The notes beneath the pieces were generated by a model that worked only from the letters and a program-made list of their open reading frames with translations, did no database searches and was not told the DNA's origin. From Tepidisphaera sp. (lineage in GTDB: Bacteria; Planctomycetota; Phycisphaerae; Phycisphaerales; UBA1924), in contig CP051526.1 of assembly GCA_050916045.1 (NCBI GenBank), forward strand, positions 1,600,001 through 1,664,000: DNA of 64,000 bases, written 5' to 3'. The position numbers and the translations under genes were made by a program. Positions within the stretch are counted from its first letter, which is position 1; each line of letters starts with the position of its first letter. Below are positions 19,466 through 27,375 of the stretch, one piece after another.

Positions 19466-19772
19466 TGCCGCCGGGAGGTGGAGGTGGTTTGGGGGTACCT
19501 TGTCGATTCACCCTCGCTGGCGCGTCGGGCTCTGAAGGAAGGGGTGCCGCTGGGAGACGGAGGTGGTTTGGGGGCACCGTGTCGATTCACCCTCGCTGGC
19601 GCGTCGGATTCTGAAGGAAGGGGTGCCGCCGAGAGGTGGAGCTGGTTTGGGGACATGTTGCCGATTCACCCTCGCTGGCGCGTCGGGCTCTGAAGGAAGG
19701 GGTGCCGCTGGGAGACGGAGGTGGTTTGGGGGTACCGTGTCGATTCACCCTCGCTGGCGCGTCGGGCTCTGA
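19466..19772 (+). repeat. Tandem array, 79-bp period, four copies of a 32-bp core
   Basis: Core CGATTCACCCTCGCTGGCGCGTCGGGCTCTGA starts at 19504, 19583, 19662 and 19741; the 47-bp G-rich linkers are related to one another. Confidence 0.95.
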
Positions 19773-19783
19773 TAGGATTCGGG

Positions 19784-20254
19784 ATGGGACGGCCGCTGGC
19801 GTACCTGTTGACGTGGACGTGCTATGGGTCCTGGCTTCACGGGGATGCACGCGGAAGCGTCGATGCGAAGCACAGCCGGTACGGCACGGCGTTTCTCGCG
19901 GCTGATGTCGTTCGCGAGTACGAGGAGCTGCGGGCGATGCCGACGGGGCCGGAGTTGCTTTCGGAGGAAGCTCGGAGCATCGTGTTGGCGGTCATCACAA
20001 GGCACTGCGAGATCCGTCGTTGGCAGCTTCGCGCGGTGAACGTCCGCACGAATCATGTTCATGTTGTCTTGAGCACGGACGTGGAGGCGGACGCGTCCCT
20101 TGAGCAGTTCAAAGCGTGGAGTACACGGCGACTTCGCGAAGCCGGCTGTTTTGGAGCGAAACAAGAGGTTTGGACCGAGGGCGGAAGCAAACGGTACCTT
20201 TGGACGGAGGAATCTGTGGCGAGAGCGTGCGAGTATGTTCTGCATGGGCAGTAG
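19784..20254 (+). mobile_element. HUH/Y1 tyrosine transposase, REP-associated (RAYT/IS200-like), 156 aa
   Basis: YLLTWTCYG N-terminal strand, HUH motif TNHVHVV, QFKAWSTRRL, WTEGGS, putative catalytic Tyr in EYVLHGQ; flanked on both sides by hairpin repeats. Confidence 0.85.
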
Positions 20255-20266
20255 GGGATGCGGCCG

Positions 20267-20429
20267 AGGGGGGGGTGCCGCCGGGAGGTGGAGGCGGTTT
20301 GGGGGCACTTTTTCGATTCACCCTCGCTGGCGCGTCGGGTTTTGAAGGAGGGGGTGCCGCCGGGAGGTGGAGCTGGTGTGGAGGCACTTTGTCGATTCAC
20401 CCTCGCTGGCGCGTCGGGCTCTGAAGGAG
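20267..20429 (+). repeat. Two further 79-bp units downstream of the transposase
   Basis: Core starts at 20314 and 20393 (79 bp apart), same orientation as the upstream array. Confidence 0.95.
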
Positions 20430-20435
20430 AATGCA

Positions 20436-21743
20436 ATGAAAGTCGTCATCGTTGGCGGGGGGTTTGGCGGGCTGAATGCGGCGAAGGGGCTTGGGCGGGC
20501 TCGGGTGGATGTGGTGCTTGTGGATCGGCGGAACCACCATCTGTTTCAGCCGATGCTGTACCAGGTCGCGACGGCGGGGCTTTCGCCGGCGCATATCGCG
20601 GCGCCGATCCGGTCGGTGCTGGCTTCGCAGAAGAACACGGAGGTCGTGCTCGCGGATGTCGAGCGGGTGGATGCGGGCAAGCGGGTGGTTGTGACGGACG
20701 CGGGTGAGATTCCGTACGACGTTCTTGTGCTTGCGACGGGGGCGACGCACTCGTACTTCGGGAAGGATGCGTGGGCGAAAGCGGCTCCGGGGCTGAAGAC
20801 GGTCGAGGATGCTCTGGAGATCCGCCGGCGGTTTCTGCTCGCGTTCGAAGCGGCGGAGCAGGAGAAGGACGCGGCCAAGCGGCGGGCTCTGATGACGTTC
20901 GTCGTGATCGGAGCGGGGCCGACGGGTGTCGAGACGGCGGGGGCGATCGCGGAGATCGCCAGGACGGTGCTTCGGCGGGACTTCCGGCACATCGACACAT
21001 CGCAGGCGCGGGTGGTCTTGATCGAGGGGCAGGACCGCGTGCTGCCGGCGGGGTTCCCGGCGGAGCTTTCCGAGCGGGCGAAGCGTGACCTTGAAGCGAT
21101 GGGCGTTGAGGTGCGGCTCAGGTCGATGGTGACGGATGTTCGCGGGGGCGAGTCGCCGGGCGTGACGGTGGGGGAGGCGGCGGGCGGGGAGAGGATCGAC
21201 GCTCACAACATCATCTGGGCGGCGGGGGTGCGCGGGTCGCCGGTCGGAGCCACGATCGGTGCCGAAACCGACAAAGCGGGTCGGGTCATCGTCGGGCCGG
21301 ACCTCTCCGTGCCCGGCCATCCCGAGATTTTCGTGATCGGCGACCTCGCGAAGGTCGTGGGAAAGGATGGGCAGCCGGTCCCGGGCGTCTGTCCGGCGGC
21401 GGTGCAGATGGGAGACTTCGTCGCGGGGGTTATCGCGAGGGAAGCGGCGGGCCAGCGGGGGCCGAGGCCGGAGTTTCGGTATCGCGACAAGGGGTCGCTT
21501 GCGACGATCGGTCGGTCGCGGGCGGTGGCTTGGCTTCCTGTGCTTGGCTCGCGGTGGAAGTTCGCGGGGTTCATCGCGTGGGCGCTGTGGGCGGGGGTAC
21601 ACGTGTTTTTTCTGATCGGGTTCCGAAGCCGAGTGATGGTGATGATCGAATGGATCTGGGCGTACGTCTTCTTCTCCCGCGGGGCCCGGTTGATCACGGA
21701 GTCGCCGGAATCAGGGCGGTCATCGGGGGCGAGAGCCGGGTGA
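20436..21743 (+). CDS. ndh: Type II NADH dehydrogenase / NAD(P)-FAD oxidoreductase
   Basis: VVIVGGGFGG, HLFQPMLYQVAT, VIGAGPTGVE, IFVIGD, YRDKGSLATIG. Confidence 0.9.
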   Translation: MKVVIVGGGFGGLNAAKGLGRARVDVVLVDRRNHHLFQPMLYQVATAGLSPAHIAAPIRSVLASQKNTEVVLADVERVDAGKRVVVTDAGEIPYDVLVLATGATHSYFGKDAWAKAAPGLKTVEDALEIRRRFLLAFEAAEQEKDAAKRRALMTFVVIGAGPTGVETAGAIAEIARTVLRRDFRHIDTSQARVVLIEGQDRVLPAGFPAELSERAKRDLEAMGVEVRLRSMVTDVRGGESPGVTVGEAAGGERIDAHNIIWAAGVRGSPVGATIGAETDKAGRVIVGPDLSVPGHPEIFVIGDLAKVVGKDGQPVPGVCPAAVQMGDFVAGVIAREAAGQRGPRPEFRYRDKGSLATIGRSRAVAWLPVLGSRWKFAGFIAWALWAGVHVFFLIGFRSRVMVMIEWIWAYVFFSRGARLITESPESGRSSGARAG

Positions 21744-21878
21744 TCCGGCTGGTAATCGGGGGCTCGGGCACGATTGTGAGGGTTTTTCTCTGGAGGTCTT
21801 GGAATTTTGGCGTTCTTGTGGCATGATGGGCTTGCGACCGCCGTGGTGAGCGGCGAGTTATCACGTGGAGGATCCGCG

Positions 21879-22730
21879 ATGCGTTTGGTTGCCGCTTTGT
21901 TTTCCGTGGCGTTGGGTGCCGGAGTCGTCCAAGCGGACGTGGTGACGGTCGTCGCCGGTCGGGACAACACCCTCTTTCAGGATCCGTCGGGACTGCTTTC
22001 GAACGGGGCCGGGCCGGCGATCTTCGCGGGCGTGACGGCGAGCAACGGGTCTCGTCGCGGGCTCATGAGTTTCAAGGTTCAGGATTTCATCCCTGCGGGG
22101 TCGGTGGTGACGCGCGCGGAGCTGACGCTTTACGCGGATCGGGCGCGAGGCTCAGCGACTCCGATGGGGATTCACCGTCTGCTTGCGTCGTGGGGCGAGG
22201 GGACGAGCTTCACGGGTTTGGGGGGCGGCGTGGATGCGGAGCGTGGCGACGCGACGTGGACGACGCGGTTCTTCCTGATCGGGCCGGAGTGGACGACGCC
22301 GGGCGGTGATTTCGTCGCGGGTCCTTCGGCGCTGACGAGCGTGGGGAGCGCGTTCCGTTCCTATACGTGGAGCGGTTCGGGAATGGTCGCGGACGTGCAG
22401 CGCTGGGTGAACAACCCGGACGAGAACTTCGGATGGATCCTGAAAGCACAGGATGAACTGCTGACGGGCCGGGCCAAGCGGTTCGTGTCGCGCGAGGGAG
22501 ATCCGGAGAATCGCAGGCCCCGGTTGCTGGTTGAGTACACCCCGCCGCCGCCGTGCTTGGCTGATTTCAATGGCGACGGGTTCGTCGATTTCTTCGACTA
22601 CAGCGACTATGTGCTCTGCTTTGAGAGTGCCGAGTGCCCGGCGGGCAAGACGGCTGATTTCAACGGCGACGATTTCGTCGATTTCTTCGACTACTCGGAT
22701 TACGTCGTGGCGTTTGAAGCGGGCTGCTGA
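21879..22730 (+). CDS. Secreted DNRLRE-like domain protein with C-terminal GC-type dockerin repeats
   Basis: SD GGAGG; signal peptide; RDNTL..RRGLMSF..FVSREG..PRLLVEY; PPPP linker; ends ..DFFDYSDYVVAFEAGC. Confidence 0.85.
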   Translation: MRLVAALFSVALGAGVVQADVVTVVAGRDNTLFQDPSGLLSNGAGPAIFAGVTASNGSRRGLMSFKVQDFIPAGSVVTRAELTLYADRARGSATPMGIHRLLASWGEGTSFTGLGGGVDAERGDATWTTRFFLIGPEWTTPGGDFVAGPSALTSVGSAFRSYTWSGSGMVADVQRWVNNPDENFGWILKAQDELLTGRAKRFVSREGDPENRRPRLLVEYTPPPPCLADFNGDGFVDFFDYSDYVLCFESAECPAGKTADFNGDDFVDFFDYSDYVVAFEAGC

Positions 22731-22778
22731 GCCGAAGAGCCGGGACGCATCCGCGCGGGCTTCTGCGTTCGGAGACGG

Positions 22779-24191
22779 TCACTTCTTCCACGGGCCGGTG
22801 ATCGCGACCGTCAGGCCGCGTCCCTGGACGTTGGCGAAGAGGGTCGTGCCGTCGGGGCTGAAGCACGCGCCGGCCCATTCGTGGTCGTCGAGGTTGCAGC
22901 GGGCGAGTTTGTAGGGTGTGCCCTGCGGGGTGATGCCGATGAGGTGGTTCACGCCGGGCCCGTCTTCGGAGACGATGAGGTCGCCCCACGGGGCGGCGGT
23001 GATGTTGTCGGGGTAGTCCAGCAGGCTGTCGTTGCGGGGTTCGACGAAGAGGGTGAGCGTTCCGCCGGTTTCGATGGCGGGCTTGTTGCTCAGGGCTTCG
23101 GGCTGGTAGCGCCAGATCTGGCCGCGTTCATTCCGGCCTCCGCTGGTGCAGCAGAAGTAGAGCGAGCGGTCGGAAGCGGTCGATCCGAACCAGATTCCCT
23201 CGCCGCGGCCGAAGACGGCGGCGCCGGCTTGGCGACCCTCGGTACGGAGCGTGTCGCCGGGGGATTCGACGTTGTCGAGGGTGATCCAGGTGGCGGGGAT
23301 CGGGGTGTTGAGCGGCGTGTCCGGGCTTTCCTTCCAGTTGCGGGTGTCGTAGCCGGGGTTGTTCTTGACGACGAGGGCCTGGAGGATGCCGCCCGCGCGG
23401 AGGTCGCCGGGTTTGGTCGGGATGAAGCGGTAGAGGAGGCTGTCCTTTACGTCCTCGGTGAGGTAGCAGATGCCGGTGGCGGGGTCGAACGCGACGGCTT
23501 CGTGGCTGAAGCGGCCCATGGCTTTGAGGGGGACCGGTTCTGCGAGGCCGATGTCGGCCTTGGCGGGCACTTCGAAGACCCAGCCGTGCTCCTTGCCCGC
23601 GCCGTCCTTGACACCGACGACGGTTTCCTCGCAGGTGAGCCAAGAGCCCCAGGGGGTGGGCCCGCCGGCGCAGTTGAGCACGGTTCCGGCGAGGCTGAGA
23701 AAGTGACGCTCGAGCTTCTGGGTTTTGGTGTTGAAGACAAGCGTGGTGGTGCCGCCGCTCGCGGGGGTCGCGTCGCGCACGCCGAGGTCAAAGACGCGGG
23801 CGCGGTCGACGCGGCTGAGGCGTTCGAGTTGCGTGCCAAAGGCGCAGCGGACTTTGTCGTTGATGTCGAGCTCGTGGTTTCGGACGAGGATGGTGCGGCC
23901 GTCGGGTCCGGCGAAGGTCGCCATGCCGTCGTGCTTGCCAGGGACGAGGAGGCCGTCGTCCATCACTTCGCCAATCTGCGAGATGATCTTGTAGGAGAAA
24001 CCCTTCGGGAGGTCGCAAAGGCCGGTCGGATCGGCGAGGAGCTGGCCGTAGCCCGCGGGCTGGGCGCCGTTGTCGAGCAGCCGTTCGCCGAGGCGTTCGA
24101 CGCCGCCCGCGAGGGACAGGCGTCCAAGGCCGGCGAAGCCGAGGCTGAAAGCGGCGGATCGGACGAGGAAATCGCGGCGAGGGAAAGTCAT
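22779..24191 (-). CDS. phoX: PhoX-family (DUF839) alkaline phosphatase, Tat-exported
   Basis: RRDFL twin-arginine motif; LVRNHE, NCAGGPTPWGSWLTCEE, GRFSHEAVA, PDNI, EWAGACFSPDG. Confidence 0.85.
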   Translation of the reverse strand: MTFPRRDFLVRSAAFSLGFAGLGRLSLAGGVERLGERLLDNGAQPAGYGQLLADPTGLCDLPKGFSYKIISQIGEVMDDGLLVPGKHDGMATFAGPDGRTILVRNHELDINDKVRCAFGTQLERLSRVDRARVFDLGVRDATPASGGTTTLVFNTKTQKLERHFLSLAGTVLNCAGGPTPWGSWLTCEETVVGVKDGAGKEHGWVFEVPAKADIGLAEPVPLKAMGRFSHEAVAFDPATGICYLTEDVKDSLLYRFIPTKPGDLRAGGILQALVVKNNPGYDTRNWKESPDTPLNTPIPATWITLDNVESPGDTLRTEGRQAGAAVFGRGEGIWFGSTASDRSLYFCCTSGGRNERGQIWRYQPEALSNKPAIETGGTLTLFVEPRNDSLLDYPDNITAAPWGDLIVSEDGPGVNHLIGITPQGTPYKLARCNLDDHEWAGACFSPDGTTLFANVQGRGLTVAITGPWKK

Positions 24192-24358
24192 GCGACCTCA
24201 ATCATGGCGGGCGTCCGAAACGGGATACGCCTGCGTTCGGACCGCGTTCCCGATGATAGGGACACCCTCTTGGGAAGACGGTCAAGAACGTGTTTACCAT
24301 CAGCGTCTTCGCACGATGCACATATTCGCCGGCGGGGCCGGTCTGGATGATCTTCCGC

Positions 24359-25006
24359 ATGATTCTGCTCATCGACAACTACGACAGCTTCACGTGGAAC
24401 CTGGTGCAGCGTCTGGGCGAGATCGACCCCAAGCTGGACCCGGACAGGGACCTCGCGGTCGTGCGGAACGACCGGATTACGCCGGAAGAGATCGAGACGT
24501 TCCAGAACGGCGGGCTTCCAGATCGGATCATCATCTCGCCGGGGCCGTGCAGCCCGAAGGAAGCGGGGGTCTCGTCGGCGGTGATCCAGCGTTTCGCGGG
24601 ACGGGTGCCGATCCTGGGGGTGTGCTTGGGGCACCAGTGCATGGCGGACGCGAACGGGATGACGGTGACGCGGCACGCGATTCAGATGCACGGCAAGACG
24701 AGCGAGGTGAGCCACGACGGGCGGGGGATCTTCGCCGGCGTGCCCAATCCGTTCGTCGCGACGCGGTATCACTCGCTTGTGGTGCTTCCGGAGACGATTC
24801 CCGTGCGGCGCGAGGGTGACCGCGAGTGGTGGGAGGTTTCGGCGTGGTGCACGGACGTGATTGAGGGAAGCGAGCGGAAGGTCGTGATGGGCCTTCGTCG
24901 CGTCTTTGCGGACGGTCGGCCTTCGGTCGAGGGCGTGCAGTTTCACCCCGAGAGCTTCCTCACGATCGAGGGGCCGAAGCTGCTCAAGAACTTCCTTGAG
25001 ATGTGA
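24359..25006 (+). CDS. trpG: Anthranilate/aminodeoxychorismate synthase component II (TrpG/PabA)
   Basis: IDNYDSFT, ISPGP, GVCLGHQ, RYHSL, GVQFHPES. Confidence 0.9.
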   Translation: MILLIDNYDSFTWNLVQRLGEIDPKLDPDRDLAVVRNDRITPEEIETFQNGGLPDRIIISPGPCSPKEAGVSSAVIQRFAGRVPILGVCLGHQCMADANGMTVTRHAIQMHGKTSEVSHDGRGIFAGVPNPFVATRYHSLVVLPETIPVRREGDREWWEVSAWCTDVIEGSERKVVMGLRRVFADGRPSVEGVQFHPESFLTIEGPKLLKNFLEM

Positions 25007-25009
25007 CCG

Positions 25010-25843
25010 TCAGCGGTCGTCGCGGAGGACGTCGCGGTTGTAGACGCCGTCGTCCCAGACGGCGATGTCGCGAAGATTCTCGGCCTTCACGATGGCGGCG
25101 TGCGCGTCGAGGAATGCGATGTTGCAGCCCCCGCCGTGGCGTTTGATCGAGATCCGGCAGTTCACGGCGTTTTCGTTGACGTGGCTGTCGTCGAAGAAGT
25201 CGTACATCTGCCCGAGGGCGCCGTCGTCGATGAGGGGGTTGCCGCGTTGTTCGTACGCTTCGCGGTAGAACGCTCCGGACTTGTCCTCGGTGAGCTCGGC
25301 CATCCAGACGGTGGAGGAGGGCTTGGTGGCCCATTCGCCGCGGATGGGGCCGCGGCGCGGGTCGGGGTTTGCTCCGCTTGGCTGCCGCGGAGTTCCGGGG
25401 GAGGAGAAAGCGATGCCGTTGACGATGTAGTGGATGCGGTGGCGGTCGAGGGGCCGCGTGGGGCAGCGGTAGTAGGGAGCATCGACGAAGACATCGGTGC
25501 GTTCGAAGCCGGCTTGGGGCTCGGCGCGGCCGTCGACGTAGGGGCGCATGGCGACGGGCCAGTTGGGGTAGGTGATGGGGCGGCGGACGCCGCCGAAGGT
25601 TCGGGGGTTGGGCATGACGCCCTCGCGCGGGATCCAGTCCTTGAAGTCCTGCTGGTACATGCCAAGAGCGGTGGCGAGGCCGCGCTGCTGCGCGAGGCAC
25701 TTGGTCGCTTTGGCGGATTCGCGGGCTTTGCCCAGAGCGGGGAGGAGCAGCGAGATGAGCAGGGCGATGATCGCGATGACCACCAGGAGCTCAATCAGCG
25801 TGAAAGCCGAGCGGAGGTGGAAGCCGGGTGGGGTGTGCTTCAT
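25010..25843 (-). CDS. Prepilin-type N-terminal cleavage/methylation protein (planctomycete DUF1559/H-X9-DG type)
   Basis: [30 protein letters not shown]-terminal [15 protein letters not shown]. Confidence 0.88.
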   Translation of the reverse strand: MKHTPPGFHLRSAFTLIELLVVIAIIALLISLLLPALGKARESAKATKCLAQQRGLATALGMYQQDFKDWIPREGVMPNPRTFGGVRRPITYPNWPVAMRPYVDGRAEPQAGFERTDVFVDAPYYRCPTRPLDRHRIHYIVNGIAFSSPGTPRQPSGANPDPRRGPIRGEWATKPSSTVWMAELTEDKSGAFYREAYEQRGNPLIDDGALGQMYDFFDDSHVNENAVNCRISIKRHGGGCNIAFLDAHAAIVKAENLRDIAVWDDGVYNRDVLRDDR

Positions 25844-25989
25844 GGGTGGCTTTGGGCTCCAGCGAACCAGAGGCAGTCTACCCGAAAACGGCTCGGCCAC
25901 CAAGAGGTGTCGGATCGTGGGGGCCGGCGGGCCGGAGAGCGTGCGGGCGGAGCCCCGCCGGAGGGCTCGGCCCCGCTATCATGGCGGCG

Positions 25990-26439
25990 ATGATCACGCC
26001 CCATCCGACGACGAAAATCGCACCGTATCTCACCCGGGGAACCCTGTCGGCCAACCACGCCGCGACGGCGACCAAGCCCGCGTATGTGGTGGTTGAGATC
26101 CCCAACACGAGCTATCAGCTTCACCTCATTCCGGCGGCGGCGATCTCGACGCCCGTGGGGAAGAAGACCATCGGGGTGATCCGGGCTGAAGCCCGCCGCG
26201 TGGATGTCGTCAAGAGCGGCGGGCGGTACGTCGAGCCGGTCGCCGGGCGGCCCCGCCGCGTGCAGGGTGCGGTGATCTCGAAGGATGTGTCCGCGAACAC
26301 GATCACGGTGAATGCGGGCGTGCCGATCGTCCTCAAGCTGACGGACGCTCGCCAGCGAGCGGATCAGTTCGCCGACGGCGACTTTGTGTCGTGCGATGTG
26401 CTTGACGGGGCGACCTACACGCCCTCGACCGAGGCCTGA
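25990..26439 (+). CDS. Hypothetical small beta-rich protein
   Basis: Clean GC3 codon pattern; TATCAT 7 nt before ATG 25990; just upstream of ispE. Confidence 0.7.
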   Translation: MITPHPTTKIAPYLTRGTLSANHAATATKPAYVVVEIPNTSYQLHLIPAAAISTPVGKKTIGVIRAEARRVDVVKSGGRYVEPVAGRPRRVQGAVISKDVSANTITVNAGVPIVLKLTDARQRADQFADGDFVSCDVLDGATYTPSTEA

Positions 26440-26450
26440 GGGAGGTCCGC

Positions 26451-27353
26451 GTGCCGAGCGTGACGCGGCGAGCACCGGCGAAGGTCAACCTGGCGCTGAG
26501 CGTGGGAGCGGCCGAGCCCTCAGGGGCCAAAGCCGGGTGGCACCGCATCGCTTCGTGGATGGTGTGCTTGGATCTGGCGGACACCGTGACGGTAAAGCCT
26601 GCGGCACGGACATCGCACCGGGTGGTCTGGGCGACGGATGCCGTCAAGCCGACCCCGATTGATTGGCCGATCGAACGCGACCTTGCAGTTCGGGCCCATC
26701 GGGCGCTCGAAGCGAGGGTCGGGCGCGAGTTGTTTTGTGAGATGGTCGTCGAGAAACGCATCCCGGTCGGCGGCGGGCTTGGCGGAGGGTCGAGCGACGC
26801 GGCGGCGGCTTTGCTCGCGCTGCGGGAAGCGTTTGGGCTTGCGGTGAGCGATGATGAGCTTGCGGCGATCGGGGCGCGGCTCGGCAGCGATGTGCCGTTC
26901 TTTGTCGATCCCGATTATCGTCCCGCGGTGGTGACGGGGTTTGGTGAGACGATTGATCGGACGCCGGCGGTTTGCGGGGAGCTTCTGCTTGTTGTGCCGC
27001 CGTTTGGCTGCGGGACGCCGGAGGTCTACCGGGCGTTTGACGCGATCAAGCGGAACGGCGGGCCGGAGGAAGCTCGCGTCCGGGCGCTCGCGCACGCGAC
27101 GATCGATCCCTCGGCGTGGTTTAACGACCTCGAAGCGGCGGCCTTCCGCGTCGAGCCGAGGCTTGCCCAGATCCGCGATCGGGCGAGCGAGGTTCTGGGC
27201 ACGCGCGTGATGATGACGGGGAGCGGGAGCACGCTTCTCGCGTGGCAGCCCACGGCGGCGCGGATCGGTACGCTGCGGGAGCGGGTACTTGCGGATCGGG
27301 AGTCGGAGGGGCCGCTCGCGGGGTGCGTGGCTCTTTCCACGCGGTTTGTTTAG
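26451..27353 (+). CDS. ispE: 4-diphosphocytidyl-2-C-methyl-D-erythritol kinase
   Basis: APAKVNLAL, KRIPVGGGLGGGSSDAAA, LGSDVPFF, NDLE, MTGSGS. Confidence 0.95.
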   Translation: MPSVTRRAPAKVNLALSVGAAEPSGAKAGWHRIASWMVCLDLADTVTVKPAARTSHRVVWATDAVKPTPIDWPIERDLAVRAHRALEARVGRELFCEMVVEKRIPVGGGLGGGSSDAAAALLALREAFGLAVSDDELAAIGARLGSDVPFFVDPDYRPAVVTGFGETIDRTPAVCGELLLVVPPFGCGTPEVYRAFDAIKRNGGPEEARVRALAHATIDPSAWFNDLEAAAFRVEPRLAQIRDRASEVLGTRVMMTGSGSTLLAWQPTAARIGTLRERVLADRESEGPLAGCVALSTRFV

Positions 27354-27375
27354 GGTCGCTTTCCGGAGGTGATCG

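Noticed and set aside
19377..19905. Short ORFs across the repeat array, and the N-terminal extensions given for the transposase (19721) and ndh (20367)
   Set aside because: The 79-bp period is not a multiple of 3 and the same peptide recurs in shifting frames, so these are translations of non-coding repeats
19466..20429. CRISPR array
   Set aside because: The spacers are homologous to each other (two differ by one base), there are no cas genes or AT-rich leader, and the array surrounds an HUH transposase
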